DNA of 64,000 nt from an uncultured Muribaculaceae bacterium (GCA_964629735.1 CAZVQX010000003.1:6387-70386), one strand, 5' to 3'. Shown: positions 27,355-38,299, counted from the first letter of the stretch. Numbers and translations: made by a program. Notes: a model not told the origin generated them from the letters alone.

Positions 27355-29061
27355 ATGATAAAAAGCCAGAGAAAATTAAATGTAAAAAGATTCGCTATAT
27401 TGATTTTATTTATCATTGTATTACTTGTCGCTGTTCCTGCATGTGTGAAAAAAACAGGATCAATAATAAATGAAAAAAACGACAAATTTATTGCTAGCAG
27501 TGACATTGAAGTTAAACTTTATAATGAAAATTTTCAAGAATTAGGAACTGTTGCTAGGGGGATGAAAGTGACTAGTTATAACAGAGTGATAAAAGGGAAT
27601 GATAAAAGAATTTTCAGGAAAATTAAATTTAATAAAAAAATATATTTAATTGATGAAAGAAACTTAGTTGATAAACAAAAAGATATTGTTTTAGAAAAAG
27701 AGATGTATGTTAGGACACCTGCAACCATTTATAAGAGCGAAAAAGATAGCATTATTTTGTCAATGGTAAAAAAAGGTGAAAAATTAGAAATTATCGACTT
27801 TGATAAAATAGATAATAAAGGCTATGTACACAAGTATAAAATAAAATATAATGATGTTGTGGGTTATGTTTACGGTAAATATTTAGTAAATAATAAAGAA
27901 ATAAGCCTTAAGCATTATGATGAAGAAAAAACATATTTAATACATAAAAATAGAGGTAATACTTTAGGTGGTGGCTCAGCTGCTAATTTAGATTTTTATC
28001 CAAATGTTAAACCTCAATTTTCTCAAAATGTTATGCCAAAAGAAGTTCGTAGTTTATATTTAAATACAGGTGTTATAAATAAAATTGACGAATATATTAA
28101 ATTAGCTAAAGAATCAAATATTAATGCATTTGTAGTTGATATTAAAGATAATATGTCACCAGGTTATGATTCACAAGTTATGAAAAAATATTCGCCAACT
28201 AATTATAAATATGCTAATAATAGTTTTGATAGTTACAAAGTAGGTATAAAAAAATTAAAGGATGCCGGATTTTATGTAATTGGTAGGATCACCGTTTTTA
28301 AAGATTCATATTTTGTAAAAGATCATCCTGAGAGTGCTATTTCTGATAATAAAACAGGTCAACCATTTCTTCATAACAACTCTTATTGGCCAAGTGCATA
28401 TGATCGTAAAGTTTGGGAATTTAATGTAGAGTTAGCAAAGGAAGCGGTTTTAGAAATGGGATTTAATGAAATTCAATTTGATTATGTGCGTTTTCCAGAT
28501 CGAGTTTATAAATTAGAATTAGACGGATTGATAAATATGAAAAATAAGTATAATGAAGAAAAAGCCCAGGCTATTCAAGGATTTTTAATGTACGCTACTG
28601 ATGAGATTCATCAATTAAATGCATATGTATCTGCGGATGTCTTTGGTGAATCAGCACATAATTATGTTACTGGTTATGGTCAATATTGGGGGGCAATATC
28701 TAATGTAGTTGATGTTATAAGTGGTATGCCTTATCCTGATCATTTTAATGCATATGAGTACGGTTTTAAAGAAGTTGTTTGGACTGTTCCATATAAACTG
28801 CTAAATTTTTGGGGGATGAATTACGTTGTAAAACGTCAACAAGAAATACCAACGCCAGCAATTGTCAGAACTTGGATTCAAACATATGATACTGGTAAAC
28901 GTCCTGCTGTTGAATACAATAGTGATCGAATTTATGATCAAATTAAGGGATTATACAATGCTGGTTTAACTGGTGGTTTTATGACCTGGAACTCTAGTTC
29001 AAGTCTAGCTAAATATAAAAGCGTATCACCTGCTTTTTTGAAAATAAGTAGGGAGGAATAA
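27355..29061 (+). CDS. Putative TIM-barrel glycoside hydrolase (DUF4015-like) with N-terminal SH3-like domains
   Basis: Signal/TM, two SH3b-like segments, then NINAFVVDIKD..FDYVRFPD. Confidence 0.5.
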   Translation: MIKSQRKLNVKRFAILILFIIVLLVAVPACVKKTGSIINEKNDKFIASSDIEVKLYNENFQELGTVARGMKVTSYNRVIKGNDKRIFRKIKFNKKIYLIDERNLVDKQKDIVLEKEMYVRTPATIYKSEKDSIILSMVKKGEKLEIIDFDKIDNKGYVHKYKIKYNDVVGYVYGKYLVNNKEISLKHYDEEKTYLIHKNRGNTLGGGSAANLDFYPNVKPQFSQNVMPKEVRSLYLNTGVINKIDEYIKLAKESNINAFVVDIKDNMSPGYDSQVMKKYSPTNYKYANNSFDSYKVGIKKLKDAGFYVIGRITVFKDSYFVKDHPESAISDNKTGQPFLHNNSYWPSAYDRKVWEFNVELAKEAVLEMGFNEIQFDYVRFPDRVYKLELDGLINMKNKYNEEKAQAIQGFLMYATDEIHQLNAYVSADVFGESAHNYVTGYGQYWGAISNVVDVISGMPYPDHFNAYEYGFKEVVWTVPYKLLNFWGMNYVVKRQQEIPTPAIVRTWIQTYDTGKRPAVEYNSDRIYDQIKGLYNAGLTGGFMTWNSSSSLAKYKSVSPAFLKISREE

Positions 29062-29062
29062 A

Positions 29063-29356
29063 ATGAAAAAATATACTATAAATAATTTTATTTATCAATT
29101 AATTGAAGATTATGATAATGGTTTTGATTATAATGTTGTTTTAGAAAAAATGACTGATTATTTTAATGATTTTGATTATATTATTGGTGATTGGTCATAT
29201 GGTAAATTAAGATTAAAAGGTTTTTGTGATAAAGATAATAAACTATATAAATCAATTAATGATATAAAAAGTAAGGATAAGTATATTCGGGAAATGTGTG
29301 CATATAATTCTAAATATTTTGTTTTAAAAAAGGAAAAAGATAATAAGAAAAAATAA
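29063..29356 (+). CDS. DUF1027 (YutD-like) protein
   Basis: FDYIIGDWSYGKLRLKGF core. Confidence 0.65.
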   Translation: MKKYTINNFIYQLIEDYDNGFDYNVVLEKMTDYFNDFDYIIGDWSYGKLRLKGFCDKDNKLYKSINDIKSKDKYIREMCAYNSKYFVLKKEKDNKKK

Positions 29357-29418
29357 TTCAAAGTTATTGTCTAAATAATGGCGAATTAAAATATAGAGAT
29401 AAATAACTTTGTGTTAAG

Positions 29419-29450
29419 ATAATCAAAATGAAAATTTTGATTATTTTTTT
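29419..29450 (+). terminator. Strong rho-independent terminator
   Basis: ATAATCAAAAT-GAAA-ATTTTGATTAT followed by T7. Confidence 0.85.
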
Positions 29451-29587
29451 GAAGTATTAATAATATACTCATGTATGTGTACTTTACGTTAGCTTGCATT
29501 AATTTTATATCAAAAAAAATAAAACAATGATATACTGTTGTCATAATAGGCAAATATTATTTTTTTGAATAAGGGTGGTATTATAAT

Positions 29588-30925
29588 ATGGATATAGATT
29601 ATTGTCGATTATCTAAAGATATAAATGAGTTTGGAAAAGATATATTGCAATTAATTAAAGCACAATATGAAAGTTCAATGTCAATTTCGCAACAACAATT
29701 TTTGGAAAAATTAACAACTTCAGATAATTTTATAGTGATAAATAAACCAAACAGTGAAGATGTTGAGAGGTTTGGTAAATTAAATGATAGTAACCATAAT
29801 ATTCCAAATGCTCCATCAGCGCATGGTGGTAGGGCCAAAGGCGATGGTAAGATACACATATATCCATATTCACAATCATTTAACAATTGCAATACATATG
29901 ATGATTATTTAAACTTATGTAAAAATCATCTTGTAGTTCACGAAATTTTCCATTATTTTATTAGACCAGATGCGGTGGAAATAAAAAACTCTGAAATATA
30001 TAATGAATTCAAACATTTTTTAACTGAAGGATTAGTTCAATATTACACTGAGACATTTTCAAAAGAACATAATTTAGTAATACCTAATTCAAACTATAAT
30101 TGGAATGTTAAAACAGCAAAAGACATTTTAAGTGTTTTTCCAAAAGGAACCGATTTGGATAAAATTGTTTTTCAAAAGAATTTTGTTGAAATAATTAATC
30201 TGGCCTATAACTATTCAGGAATAAACTTTGTTAACAATTATATTCAAGAGAAACAAAAATATAATTATTTAGAAACTATTATAATTGAGGCGGGAAGAGA
30301 AGCTAATCTAAATGAAATTTATGTAAATAAAATTGTCGATTCTAAGATGAGAGCTTACAAGAGTATGTCTAATCATGAACAAATTATTGAAGATTATCAA
30401 TATCAGATAAGTAAATTATTTAAAGATGAAAAATTACTAGCTAAATATAATGAAAAAGTAAAGCAATATAATCCAAAAGCATTTGAAAATTTGCAGAATA
30501 AAAAAAAGAAGGTTAAATCAGATTTAAATATAAAAGCTAAACAAACCAACACAAATGTAAATTTACACAGAGGGCCACTAAAAAGTGAGTTGCATCTTGT
30601 TAAAAAATCAGTTAAGGTGATTAATGATAAAAAAAATAAAGTAATTATGAAAAAAGAACCTCAAATTTCTAAAAATCAATCGGCAATCACTCATTTAAAA
30701 CTATATAGAGAAAAATTAAAAAATACTGAAAAACAAATTAATAATGTAAACAGCAAAAACAATATTATAAAAAAAGAAACGCCCAAAATATTAAAATTAA
30801 CTAATAATCCCAATAGTACAAATAAGGGATTTGTAGATATACTTATTTTAGCAGTTGTAACCGGTTTTGGTTGTGGAATAGGGATTGGTATAGGTTACTT
30901 TTTCTATAAAATATGTATATGGTAA
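29588..30925 (+). CDS. Tail-anchored protein with HExxH motif and a long Lys-rich linker
   Basis: VVHEIFHYF at about residue 118, a K/N-rich region from residue 280 to 400, and a C-terminal TM ILILAVVTGFGCGIGIGIGYFFY. Confidence 0.55.
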   Translation: MDIDYCRLSKDINEFGKDILQLIKAQYESSMSISQQQFLEKLTTSDNFIVINKPNSEDVERFGKLNDSNHNIPNAPSAHGGRAKGDGKIHIYPYSQSFNNCNTYDDYLNLCKNHLVVHEIFHYFIRPDAVEIKNSEIYNEFKHFLTEGLVQYYTETFSKEHNLVIPNSNYNWNVKTAKDILSVFPKGTDLDKIVFQKNFVEIINLAYNYSGINFVNNYIQEKQKYNYLETIIIEAGREANLNEIYVNKIVDSKMRAYKSMSNHEQIIEDYQYQISKLFKDEKLLAKYNEKVKQYNPKAFENLQNKKKKVKSDLNIKAKQTNTNVNLHRGPLKSELHLVKKSVKVINDKKNKVIMKKEPQISKNQSAITHLKLYREKLKNTEKQINNVNSKNNIIKKETPKILKLTNNPNSTNKGFVDILILAVVTGFGCGIGIGIGYFFYKICIW

Positions 30926-30984
30926 AGCGAAAACTTGATTCAATGAAATATTGAAAGTTTAATAATAAATGATTTTATTAATAG

Positions 30985-31016
30985 ATAAGCAAGACTCAAA
31001 AATTGCTTATTTTTTA
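30985..31016 (+). terminator. Rho-independent terminator
   Basis: ATAAGCAA..TTGCTTAT followed by T5. Confidence 0.7.
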
Positions 31017-31081
31017 TTAGTAATATTATAGAAATATAATTATAAAGATGTTATAATTATAATGATTGGAGTAGTGATAGA

Positions 31082-32186
31082 TTGGAATTCCATGAACTAA
31101 GAAATATTTATCATAATTATTTAATAAGAATTCAAGAGTTATGGAGGGCTCTTTGACTTAGATAACAAGAATGTTGAGTTAAAACAATTAGAAGAAAAGA
31201 TTAATCAACCTGATTTCTGGTTAGATAAAAGTAAGAGTGAAAAAATAATAAATAAATTTAATAATCTAAAAAAAACAATTAACTTAGTTTCGTCTTTAAA
31301 AGAAATAATTAATAACAATTATGAATTGGTTGAGCTTTTAAAAAATGAATATGATAACGAAATAAAAATAATGCTTGAGAGTGATATATTAAAAATTAAT
31401 AATAATCTAATTGAGATAGAAAATCTTTTATTACTAGATGGTCCATATGATAAATATGGTGCAATTTTTGAAATCCATTCAGGAGCAGGTGGGACTGAGG
31501 CTAATGATTGGGTGGCGATGTTGTATCGTATGTATGTGCGATATTTTGAGTCTAAAGGCTATGAAATTGAAATTTTAAATGAACAAAAAGGTGATGAGGC
31601 TGGCTTTAAGAATATTTCATTATTAGTAAGTGGTGAAAATGTTTATGGTTTTTTAAAAAATGAAGTTGGTGTACACCGATTAATTCGTATTTCTCCTTTT
31701 GATTCTAGTAAAAGACGTCATACTTCTTTTGCGTCTGTTGAAGTTCTCCCTTATTTTAATGAAACGATTAACGTTGAAATTAAAGATAGTGATTTAGTAA
31801 TTGATGTTTTTAGAAGTAGCGGTGCCGGTGGGCAATCGGTTAACACAACAGACAGTGCCGTTAGAATTACTCATTTACCAACCAAAATTACAGTAACATG
31901 CCAAAATGAGAGAAGTCAAATTCAAAACAAAGAACGAGCATTAGAAGTTTTGAAAAATAAATTATATAGTTTAGAAAAAGAAAAACAACAAAAAGAGTTA
32001 GATAATATTAAAGGTGGTATTGTTGCTATAAATTTTGGTTCTCAAATAAGGAGTTATATATTACACCCATATCAAATGGTTAAAGATCACCGTACTAATA
32101 CAGAAGTTAGTAATGCGTCAAAGGTATTAGATGGGGATATTGAAGTATTTATTCACGATAACTTAAAGCAAAGGAGTGGTAATTAG
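31082..32186 (+). CDS. prfB: Peptide chain release factor 2, join(31082..31153,31155..32186) with programmed +1 frameshift
   Basis: Frame 0 reads TTG-EFHELRNIYHNYLIRIQELWRAL followed by TGA. The internal SD GGAGGG sits upstream of CTT TGA C. The +1 frame continues DLDNKNVELKQLEEKINQPDFW...GAGGTEA..SPFDSS..GGQSVN. Confidence 0.85.
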
Positions 32187-32881
32187 TGGATTTAATAAAG
32201 TTAAAAGGCGTTAAAAAGCAGTATAAAACAGGGGTTACTGCTATCTATGATTTAAATCTTAGCATTAAAAAAGGTGAATTTGTTTTTGTAATAGGTCCGA
32301 CTGGTTGTGGTAAGTCAACTTTGATAAAAATGCTATACCGTGAGGAAAAACCAACATCTGGTAAAATAATTGTTGGTGGTATTGATGTTGCTAAATTAAA
32401 AAATAATAAAGTATATAAATTAAGAAGACAAATTGGGGTTGTTTTTCAGGACTTTAAGTTGTTAGAAAGATCAAATGTATATGAAAACGTAGCCTTTGCC
32501 TTAGAAATATTTGGTTTACCTAAGGATGAAATTCATGAAAAGGTTTTAAAGGTTTTAGATTTGGTGGGGCTTAAAAATAAAATTAAAAATTATCCGGATC
32601 AATTATCTGGTGGTGAACAACAAAGAGTTGCCATCGCTAGAGCTATTGTCAATGGCCCTAAATTATTAATTTGTGATGAGCCAACCGGAAATTTAGATAA
32701 AGAAACAAGTATGGAAATTATGGAAGTGTTGAAGGCGATTAATGATTTAGGAACAACTATTATTATGGTAACCCATGATCGTGAAATTGTTGAAAAAATG
32801 AAAAAACGAGTGATATTATTGGATGCTGGTCGTTTACTTAAAGATTATGAGAAAGGAAAGTATATAAATGAAGCTGTTTAG
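32186..32881 (+). CDS. ftsE: Cell division ABC ATPase FtsE
   Basis: GTG start. Walker A GPTGCGKST, signature LSGGEQQR. Confidence 0.92.
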   Translation: MDLIKLKGVKKQYKTGVTAIYDLNLSIKKGEFVFVIGPTGCGKSTLIKMLYREEKPTSGKIIVGGIDVAKLKNNKVYKLRRQIGVVFQDFKLLERSNVYENVAFALEIFGLPKDEIHEKVLKVLDLVGLKNKIKNYPDQLSGGEQQRVAIARAIVNGPKLLICDEPTGNLDKETSMEIMEVLKAINDLGTTIIMVTHDREIVEKMKKRVILLDAGRLLKDYEKGKYINEAV

Positions 32882-33767
32882 AATTTTAGGTAGGAATATA
32901 AGAGATTCATTTAAAAGTGTTTTCAGAAACTTTGCATTATCTATGGCCTCAATATCCTCAATAACTATCACATTAATTGTTGTTGCAATTTCATTAGCGC
33001 TATCATATAATGTAAATAATTTTGCCACACTAGTTGAAAAGGATGTAACAATAGTTACTTTTATTGAAAACACTGCTACTGATGAAGATTTAGAAAGTTT
33101 AGAAGAACAAATTAATAAATTAAAATATGTTGAGTCATACGAATTTCAATCGAAAGAAGATATTACGAAAGAAATGATGAAAACTTCTGATATTTTTCAA
33201 AAAGTAATGGGGGATTGGTCACTTGATGAAAATCCTATCCAAAATACATTTTTAGTAAAGGTATCAGAAATTGAAAAAATAGGTGAAGTTGCTAACGAAC
33301 TAAAACAATTAGATAATGTATCAGTTGTTAAATATGGTGAAGGAATGGTAGAACAACTAATTAAAGTATTTGGGGTTGTTGAAAGAGTAAGTATAATAAT
33401 GGTTGTATCTTTGATACTAGTAACAGCGTTTTTAATTTCAAATACTATTAAAATAGCAATTTTTTCAAGAAGAAGAGAGATTGAAATTATGAGATTAGTA
33501 GGGGCTTCAAATTTAAATATAAAAATACCATTCATATTTGAAGGATTATTTTTAGGTTTGTTAGGTTCGATAATACCAGTTATTTTAACTACATATGGTT
33601 ATGTAGCTTTATATAATAATTTTAACGGTCAATTATTTTCCCCATTTATTAAGTTAATAACACCGACACCGTTTATTTATTATATATCGATTATTCTTAT
33701 TTTAATTGGTGGAATTGTTGGAATGTTCGGAAGTTGGAGGGCTGTCCGTAAACATCTAAAAATATAA
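32868..33767 (+). CDS. ftsX: Cell division permease FtsX
   Basis: Four-TM FtsX topology following ftsE. Confidence 0.9.
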   Translation: MKLFRILGRNIRDSFKSVFRNFALSMASISSITITLIVVAISLALSYNVNNFATLVEKDVTIVTFIENTATDEDLESLEEQINKLKYVESYEFQSKEDITKEMMKTSDIFQKVMGDWSLDENPIQNTFLVKVSEIEKIGEVANELKQLDNVSVVKYGEGMVEQLIKVFGVVERVSIIMVVSLILVTAFLISNTIKIAIFSRRREIEIMRLVGASNLNIKIPFIFEGLFLGLLGSIIPVILTTYGYVALYNNFNGQLFSPFIKLITPTPFIYYISIILILIGGIVGMFGSWRAVRKHLKI

Positions 33768-33797
33768 CAATCAGATTTATATTTGATTGTTTTTTTA
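33766..33797 (+). terminator. Rho-independent terminator
   Basis: AACAATC..GATTGTT followed by T7. Confidence 0.75.
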
Positions 33798-33847
33798 TTG
33801 TAATAGTAAATTATAGATGTTATAATAATGATGATAGGGGTCATGGT

Positions 33848-36178
33848 ATGATTAAAGTTGATATGAACAAAGGACTTTGTCAACAAGAAGTAGAAGTGAG
33901 AATTTCAAAAGGTCAGGTCAATCGTGATTCAACGGTTCCAACTAAAAGTGTAATGGGTATTATAAATAGCCATCTTTTTACATTATTCAACTTTTTAAAT
34001 TTTGGACTAGCGTTTGCTGTTGTTTTGGTAGATTCATATAAAAATTTAACATTTTTAGGAATTGTTATAATTAATACTTTAATTGGTATTTTACAAGAAT
34101 TAAATGCAAAGCGTATAATTGATAAACTTTCTCTTTTAAATGATAATAGGGTGCTTGTTATTAGAGATGGGCAAAAGAAATATATTGAACCAAATGAAAT
34201 TGTTGTTGATGACTTAATAATATTAAAATTAGGTGACCAAGTTATTTGTGATTCGGTTATTTTAGATGGTGATTGTGAAGTTAATGAATCTTTCGTAACG
34301 GGCGAGGCACGTTCATTATATAAAAGTAAAGGCGATAATCTTTTATCTGGAAGTTTTATTGTTAGTGGGGAAATAAAAACTCAGGTTAAACACGTTGCTA
34401 CTGATAATTATACTTCAAAAATAATAGATGAAATTAAAGTAATAAAAAAACCAAACTCTGAACTAATGCATTCCTTGAAAAAAATTATTAAGTATATATC
34501 AATTACAATTGTTCCGTTAGGTATATTGTTATTTACTAAACAAATGTCTTTACCTAATAACAATATTAGACGTGCTGTTTTAAGTACTGTCGCTGCGATG
34601 ATTGGTATGATTCCAGAGGGCTTAATTTTATTAACAAGTACGGTTTTAGCTGTTAGTGTTATAAGATTAGCTAGATATAAGGTATTAATTCAACAATTAT
34701 ATAGTGTTGAGACTTTGGCTAGGATTGACACTATTTGTTTAGATAAAACAGGAACATTGACAGATGGTTTAGTAGAATTTATTAATTTTATACCAATAGA
34801 AGAAATTCACAATATTGACGAAATAATATCTTCTCTAGCATTTAATTTAGATGAAAACAATACTGTAATAGCTCTTAAAACAAGATTTCCATTAACAGTT
34901 AATTGGGATGTTGTTGATAAGAGGATGTTTTCGTCGCAAACTAAATGGTCAGGTATTAATTTTGCTAGACAAGGAACATATGTTATGGGGGCACCTGAAT
35001 TTGTTATGAAAGAAGATTATGAATTGATTAAACCTATTGTTAATCAATATGTTGAAGAATATCGTGTTTTATTATTAGCGCATAGTAACTATTCTTTTAA
35101 TAAGATTGGGTTACCCAAAAATTTAAAACCGATTGGTTTAATATTACTAAGAGATAAAATACGCGAGGAAGCAATTAATACTTTGAATTTTTTCGAAAAA
35201 CAAGGAGTCAATATAAAAATAATATCAGGAGACAACGTTTTAACTGTTAAATCAATCGCAAAGAGAGTAGGGATGGAAGTCTACAATAAATATATTGATA
35301 CTTCACTTATTGAAGATGAACAGCAATTGAGGGAGGCTGCTATAAAATATTCCATATTTGGACGTGTTAGTCCTAATCAAAAAAAGATTATAGTTAATGA
35401 ATTAAAAAAACAAAATCATGTTGTGGGATTTGTTGGTGATGGGGTTAACGATACACTAGCACTTCGCGAGGCAGATTGTGGGGTTGCTATGGCTTCTGGT
35501 AGTGAAGCAGCGCGGAATGTTTCAGAATTAATTTTGTTAGATTCTAATTTTGAAGCAATGCCATATGTTGTTAATGAAGGACGTCGTACAATTAATAATA
35601 TTGAGAGATCAGCCACTTTGTTTTTAGCAAAAACAATATTTGCTACAGTTTTAGCAATTGTTTTCCTTTTTATAAGTGTTCCATATCCTTTTGAACCAAT
35701 TCAATTAAGCTTAACAAGCGTATTTACGATTGGTATTCCATCGTTTATATTAGCAATTGAACCAAATAATGAAAAAATAAGTGGTAACTTTTTAACAAAT
35801 GTTATTAGTAAATCAATGCCTACCGCTCTTACAAATATAATTAATATTATATTAATTATGATTTTAGGTGCAATTTTCAAATTGTCATTTAGTGAAACAT
35901 CAACAATGTCAGTTATATTAATGGCATTTACAGGTTTTATGTTGTTAGCTAAAATATCAACGCCTTTTAATACAATTAGAATGGGGTTAATGGTATTTGG
36001 TATATCTGGTTTCTTAATTGGTGTATTAGGTTTACCTAGTTTATTTTCGTTGACTTCTATTAGTCCACTTTTATGGTTGATGATTATATCTTTAATATTT
36101 ATTTCGGTTAATAATTTTAAGAAATTTACCAATTTATACTATAAAATAAAGAAAAAGTATCCAAAAATTTTTGATTAG
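33848..36178 (+). CDS. P-type cation-transporting ATPase (P2-like)
   Basis: DKTGTLT, PEGL and GDGVNDTLAL motifs. Confidence 0.9.
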   Translation: MIKVDMNKGLCQQEVEVRISKGQVNRDSTVPTKSVMGIINSHLFTLFNFLNFGLAFAVVLVDSYKNLTFLGIVIINTLIGILQELNAKRIIDKLSLLNDNRVLVIRDGQKKYIEPNEIVVDDLIILKLGDQVICDSVILDGDCEVNESFVTGEARSLYKSKGDNLLSGSFIVSGEIKTQVKHVATDNYTSKIIDEIKVIKKPNSELMHSLKKIIKYISITIVPLGILLFTKQMSLPNNNIRRAVLSTVAAMIGMIPEGLILLTSTVLAVSVIRLARYKVLIQQLYSVETLARIDTICLDKTGTLTDGLVEFINFIPIEEIHNIDEIISSLAFNLDENNTVIALKTRFPLTVNWDVVDKRMFSSQTKWSGINFARQGTYVMGAPEFVMKEDYELIKPIVNQYVEEYRVLLLAHSNYSFNKIGLPKNLKPIGLILLRDKIREEAINTLNFFEKQGVNIKIISGDNVLTVKSIAKRVGMEVYNKYIDTSLIEDEQQLREAAIKYSIFGRVSPNQKKIIVNELKKQNHVVGFVGDGVNDTLALREADCGVAMASGSEAARNVSELILLDSNFEAMPYVVNEGRRTINNIERSATLFLAKTIFATVLAIVFLFISVPYPFEPIQLSLTSVFTIGIPSFILAIEPNNEKISGNFLTNVISKSMPTALTNIINIILIMILGAIFKLSFSETSTMSVILMAFTGFMLLAKISTPFNTIRMGLMVFGISGFLIGVLGLPSLFSLTSISPLLWLMIISLIFISVNNFKKFTNLYYKIKKKYPKIFD

Positions 36179-36188
36179 GAGGAATATA

Positions 36189-36944
36189 GTGAACAATTTA
36201 ATTAGTCTATTATTAACAATTTTTGTTGGTTTATTTATTTTATTAGGTGTTGCTATTGTTAAAATATTTAAAAATAATGATCGTGTTATTAATTTTTCAA
36301 TAAGTGCGGCAATAGGTGTTGTTTTCTCCTTGGTTATATTTGAATTGATACCGGAGTCTATTGATTTAATTTCGGAAGGATATAATAATATTATTACTTT
36401 TCTATTAGTTATAGGTTTTGGCCTTTTTGGAATAATAATTTTAAAAATAATTGATGAATTTATTCCACATCATCATTGCGATGAGCCTAGATGCCAGGAT
36501 AAATTAAACCATCTCGGTTTTATATCAAGTATTGGAATTATACTACATAATATAATTGAAGGTATGGTTGTTTATAGTAGTTCACTTAATTCATTTTCAC
36601 TGGGTGTTTTATTGTGTATTGGTGTTGGTTTACATAATATTCCACTGGGAATGGTTATTAGTTCAACATTGACTAAAGATAATAAAAAAGCAACAACATT
36701 ACTAGTAATATTTCTTATAACTATCTCATCTTTTTTGGGCGGATTAATTATGTTTTTATTACCGGGCTTATTTGCGAATGAAATATTTTTAGGAATAATT
36801 TTAAGTATTACAACAGGAATGCTTAGTTATATTGTTGTATTTGAATTGATACCAGAAGTTAAACGAATTGATTATAAAAAAAATACAATTATTGGTATTG
36901 TTACAGGATTATGTTTGTTTTTTATTAGTTTAATCTTTCATTAA
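36189..36944 (+). CDS. zupT: ZIP-family zinc transporter (ZupT-like)
   Basis: His-rich loop HHHCDEPRC and ZIP motifs ILHNIIEGM/GLHNIPLGM. GTG start after RBS AGGAGG. Confidence 0.85.
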   Translation: MNNLISLLLTIFVGLFILLGVAIVKIFKNNDRVINFSISAAIGVVFSLVIFELIPESIDLISEGYNNIITFLLVIGFGLFGIIILKIIDEFIPHHHCDEPRCQDKLNHLGFISSIGIILHNIIEGMVVYSSSLNSFSLGVLLCIGVGLHNIPLGMVISSTLTKDNKKATTLLVIFLITISSFLGGLIMFLLPGLFANEIFLGIILSITTGMLSYIVVFELIPEVKRIDYKKNTIIGIVTGLCLFFISLIFH

Positions 36945-36965
36945 ATAATTTAATATATTAATTTA

Positions 36966-36995
36966 AAAAAACATCTTTTACGATGTTTTTTAATT
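36966..36995 (+). terminator. Rho-independent terminator
   Basis: AAACATC..GATGTTT followed by a T run. Confidence 0.7.
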
Positions 36996-37014
36996 ATGTT
37001 ATTTGTATATACAC

Positions 37015-37043
37015 TTTACCCGAACATATGTTTTTGATATAAT
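37015..37043 (+). promoter_or_regulatory. dinB promoter with embedded LexA/Cheo box (37021-37034)
   Basis: TTTACC-N17-TATAAT. Spacer CGAACATATGTTTT matches the consensus CGAACATATGTTCG at 12 of 14 positions. Confidence 0.6.
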
Positions 37044-37058
37044 ATAAATGGTGGTATA

Positions 37059-38255
37059 ATGAAAAGAATTATAATGCATATAGATGTTAATAATGCTTTT
37101 TTATCGTGGACAGCTGTATCATTGTTAGAAAAAGGATTAAAGTATGATATTAGGGAAGGTTATACCGTTATTGGTGGTGGCCGTGGTAAAAGATCTGGAG
37201 TAGTACTGGCCCGTTCTAATTCCAGTAAAAAAATAGGTATCAAAACAGGCGAAACAATATATCAAGCCCATAAAAAATGCTCAGTATTAAGGGTATATCC
37301 ACCTGATTTCTCGTTATATGATGAAATGTCTAATAAGTTGTTTTCTTTTTTAAAAGAGTACTCCCCAGATATTGAAATAATGTCAATTGATGAGTGTTTT
37401 TTAGATTATAGTAAAGTAAGAAATTTATATGGTGATGTATTAACATTTGCCCACGACCTAAAAAATCAAATAAAAAAAGAATTAGGTTTTACAGTAAATA
37501 TTGGTATTGGTAATAATAAATTGTTAGCAAAAATGGCTTCTGATTTTTCTAAGCCGGATAAAGTACATACATTATTTGATTATGAAGTCAAGAGTAAAAT
37601 GTGGATTTTACCTGTTAATAAATTATATGGTGTTGGAAAAAAAACAAGTGAAAAATTAGCAAAATTAGGTGTGAATACAATCAGCGATCTTGCCCAATTT
37701 GATATTAATATATTATATAAACATTTTAAAAACCAAGCTTTTAAATTAATTGAGAGCGCTAATGGAATTGATAATTCGCCGGTTAATAGTGAGTATGAGT
37801 CACCTAAAGGGATAAGTAGTTCGGTGACGTTAGATTACGATTATATTAAAAAAAGTGAGATTTATAATGTTATAAATTTATTATCTGAGAGGGTAAGTTG
37901 TAATCTTCGTAAAGAAAAAAAATATGCTAGAGTTGTGGCTATTATTATTCGTGATAGTAAGTTTAAAACAAAAAGTCATCAAATTAAATTAAAAAATGCA
38001 ACTAATATTAGTAGTGAAATTAACCGTATTGCAAAAAAATTATTTGATGATTTTTGGGATGGCAATCCAGTTCGATTAATAGGCGTTAAATTAGATAGTT
38101 TAGTTGATAAAGTAAACTATCAGACCTCATTGTTTGAGTCAATAGAAAAAATTGATGATAAGACTAAATTAACAGAAATAATTGATGATATTAACAACAA
38201 ATATGGTGGTATGGCTATTAAATTGGCAGCAATAATAGATAAAAAAAAGATATAA
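37059..38255 (+). CDS. dinB: DNA polymerase IV
   Basis: MHIDVNNAF...SIDECFLD Y-family motifs. Confidence 0.9.
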   Translation: MKRIIMHIDVNNAFLSWTAVSLLEKGLKYDIREGYTVIGGGRGKRSGVVLARSNSSKKIGIKTGETIYQAHKKCSVLRVYPPDFSLYDEMSNKLFSFLKEYSPDIEIMSIDECFLDYSKVRNLYGDVLTFAHDLKNQIKKELGFTVNIGIGNNKLLAKMASDFSKPDKVHTLFDYEVKSKMWILPVNKLYGVGKKTSEKLAKLGVNTISDLAQFDINILYKHFKNQAFKLIESANGIDNSPVNSEYESPKGISSSVTLDYDYIKKSEIYNVINLLSERVSCNLRKEKKYARVVAIIIRDSKFKTKSHQIKLKNATNISSEINRIAKKLFDDFWDGNPVRLIGVKLDSLVDKVNYQTSLFESIEKIDDKTKLTEIIDDINNKYGGMAIKLAAIIDKKKI

Positions 38256-38299
38256 AATAAATATTTTTTATGTTATAATAAAAATGGAGGATAAGCAAA

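Noticed and set aside
29357-29587. 230-nt AT-rich gap as a riboswitch or sRNA
   Set aside because: It contains only a strong terminator hairpin with a GNRA loop for the upstream gene plus promoter-like AT tracts. I recognised no conserved riboswitch core.
33848-36944. P-type ATPase plus ZIP transporter as a metal-resistance island
   Set aside because: There is no flanking integrase, repeat or compositional shift. The ATPase has PEGL (P2-type) rather than the CPx motif of heavy-metal P1B pumps.
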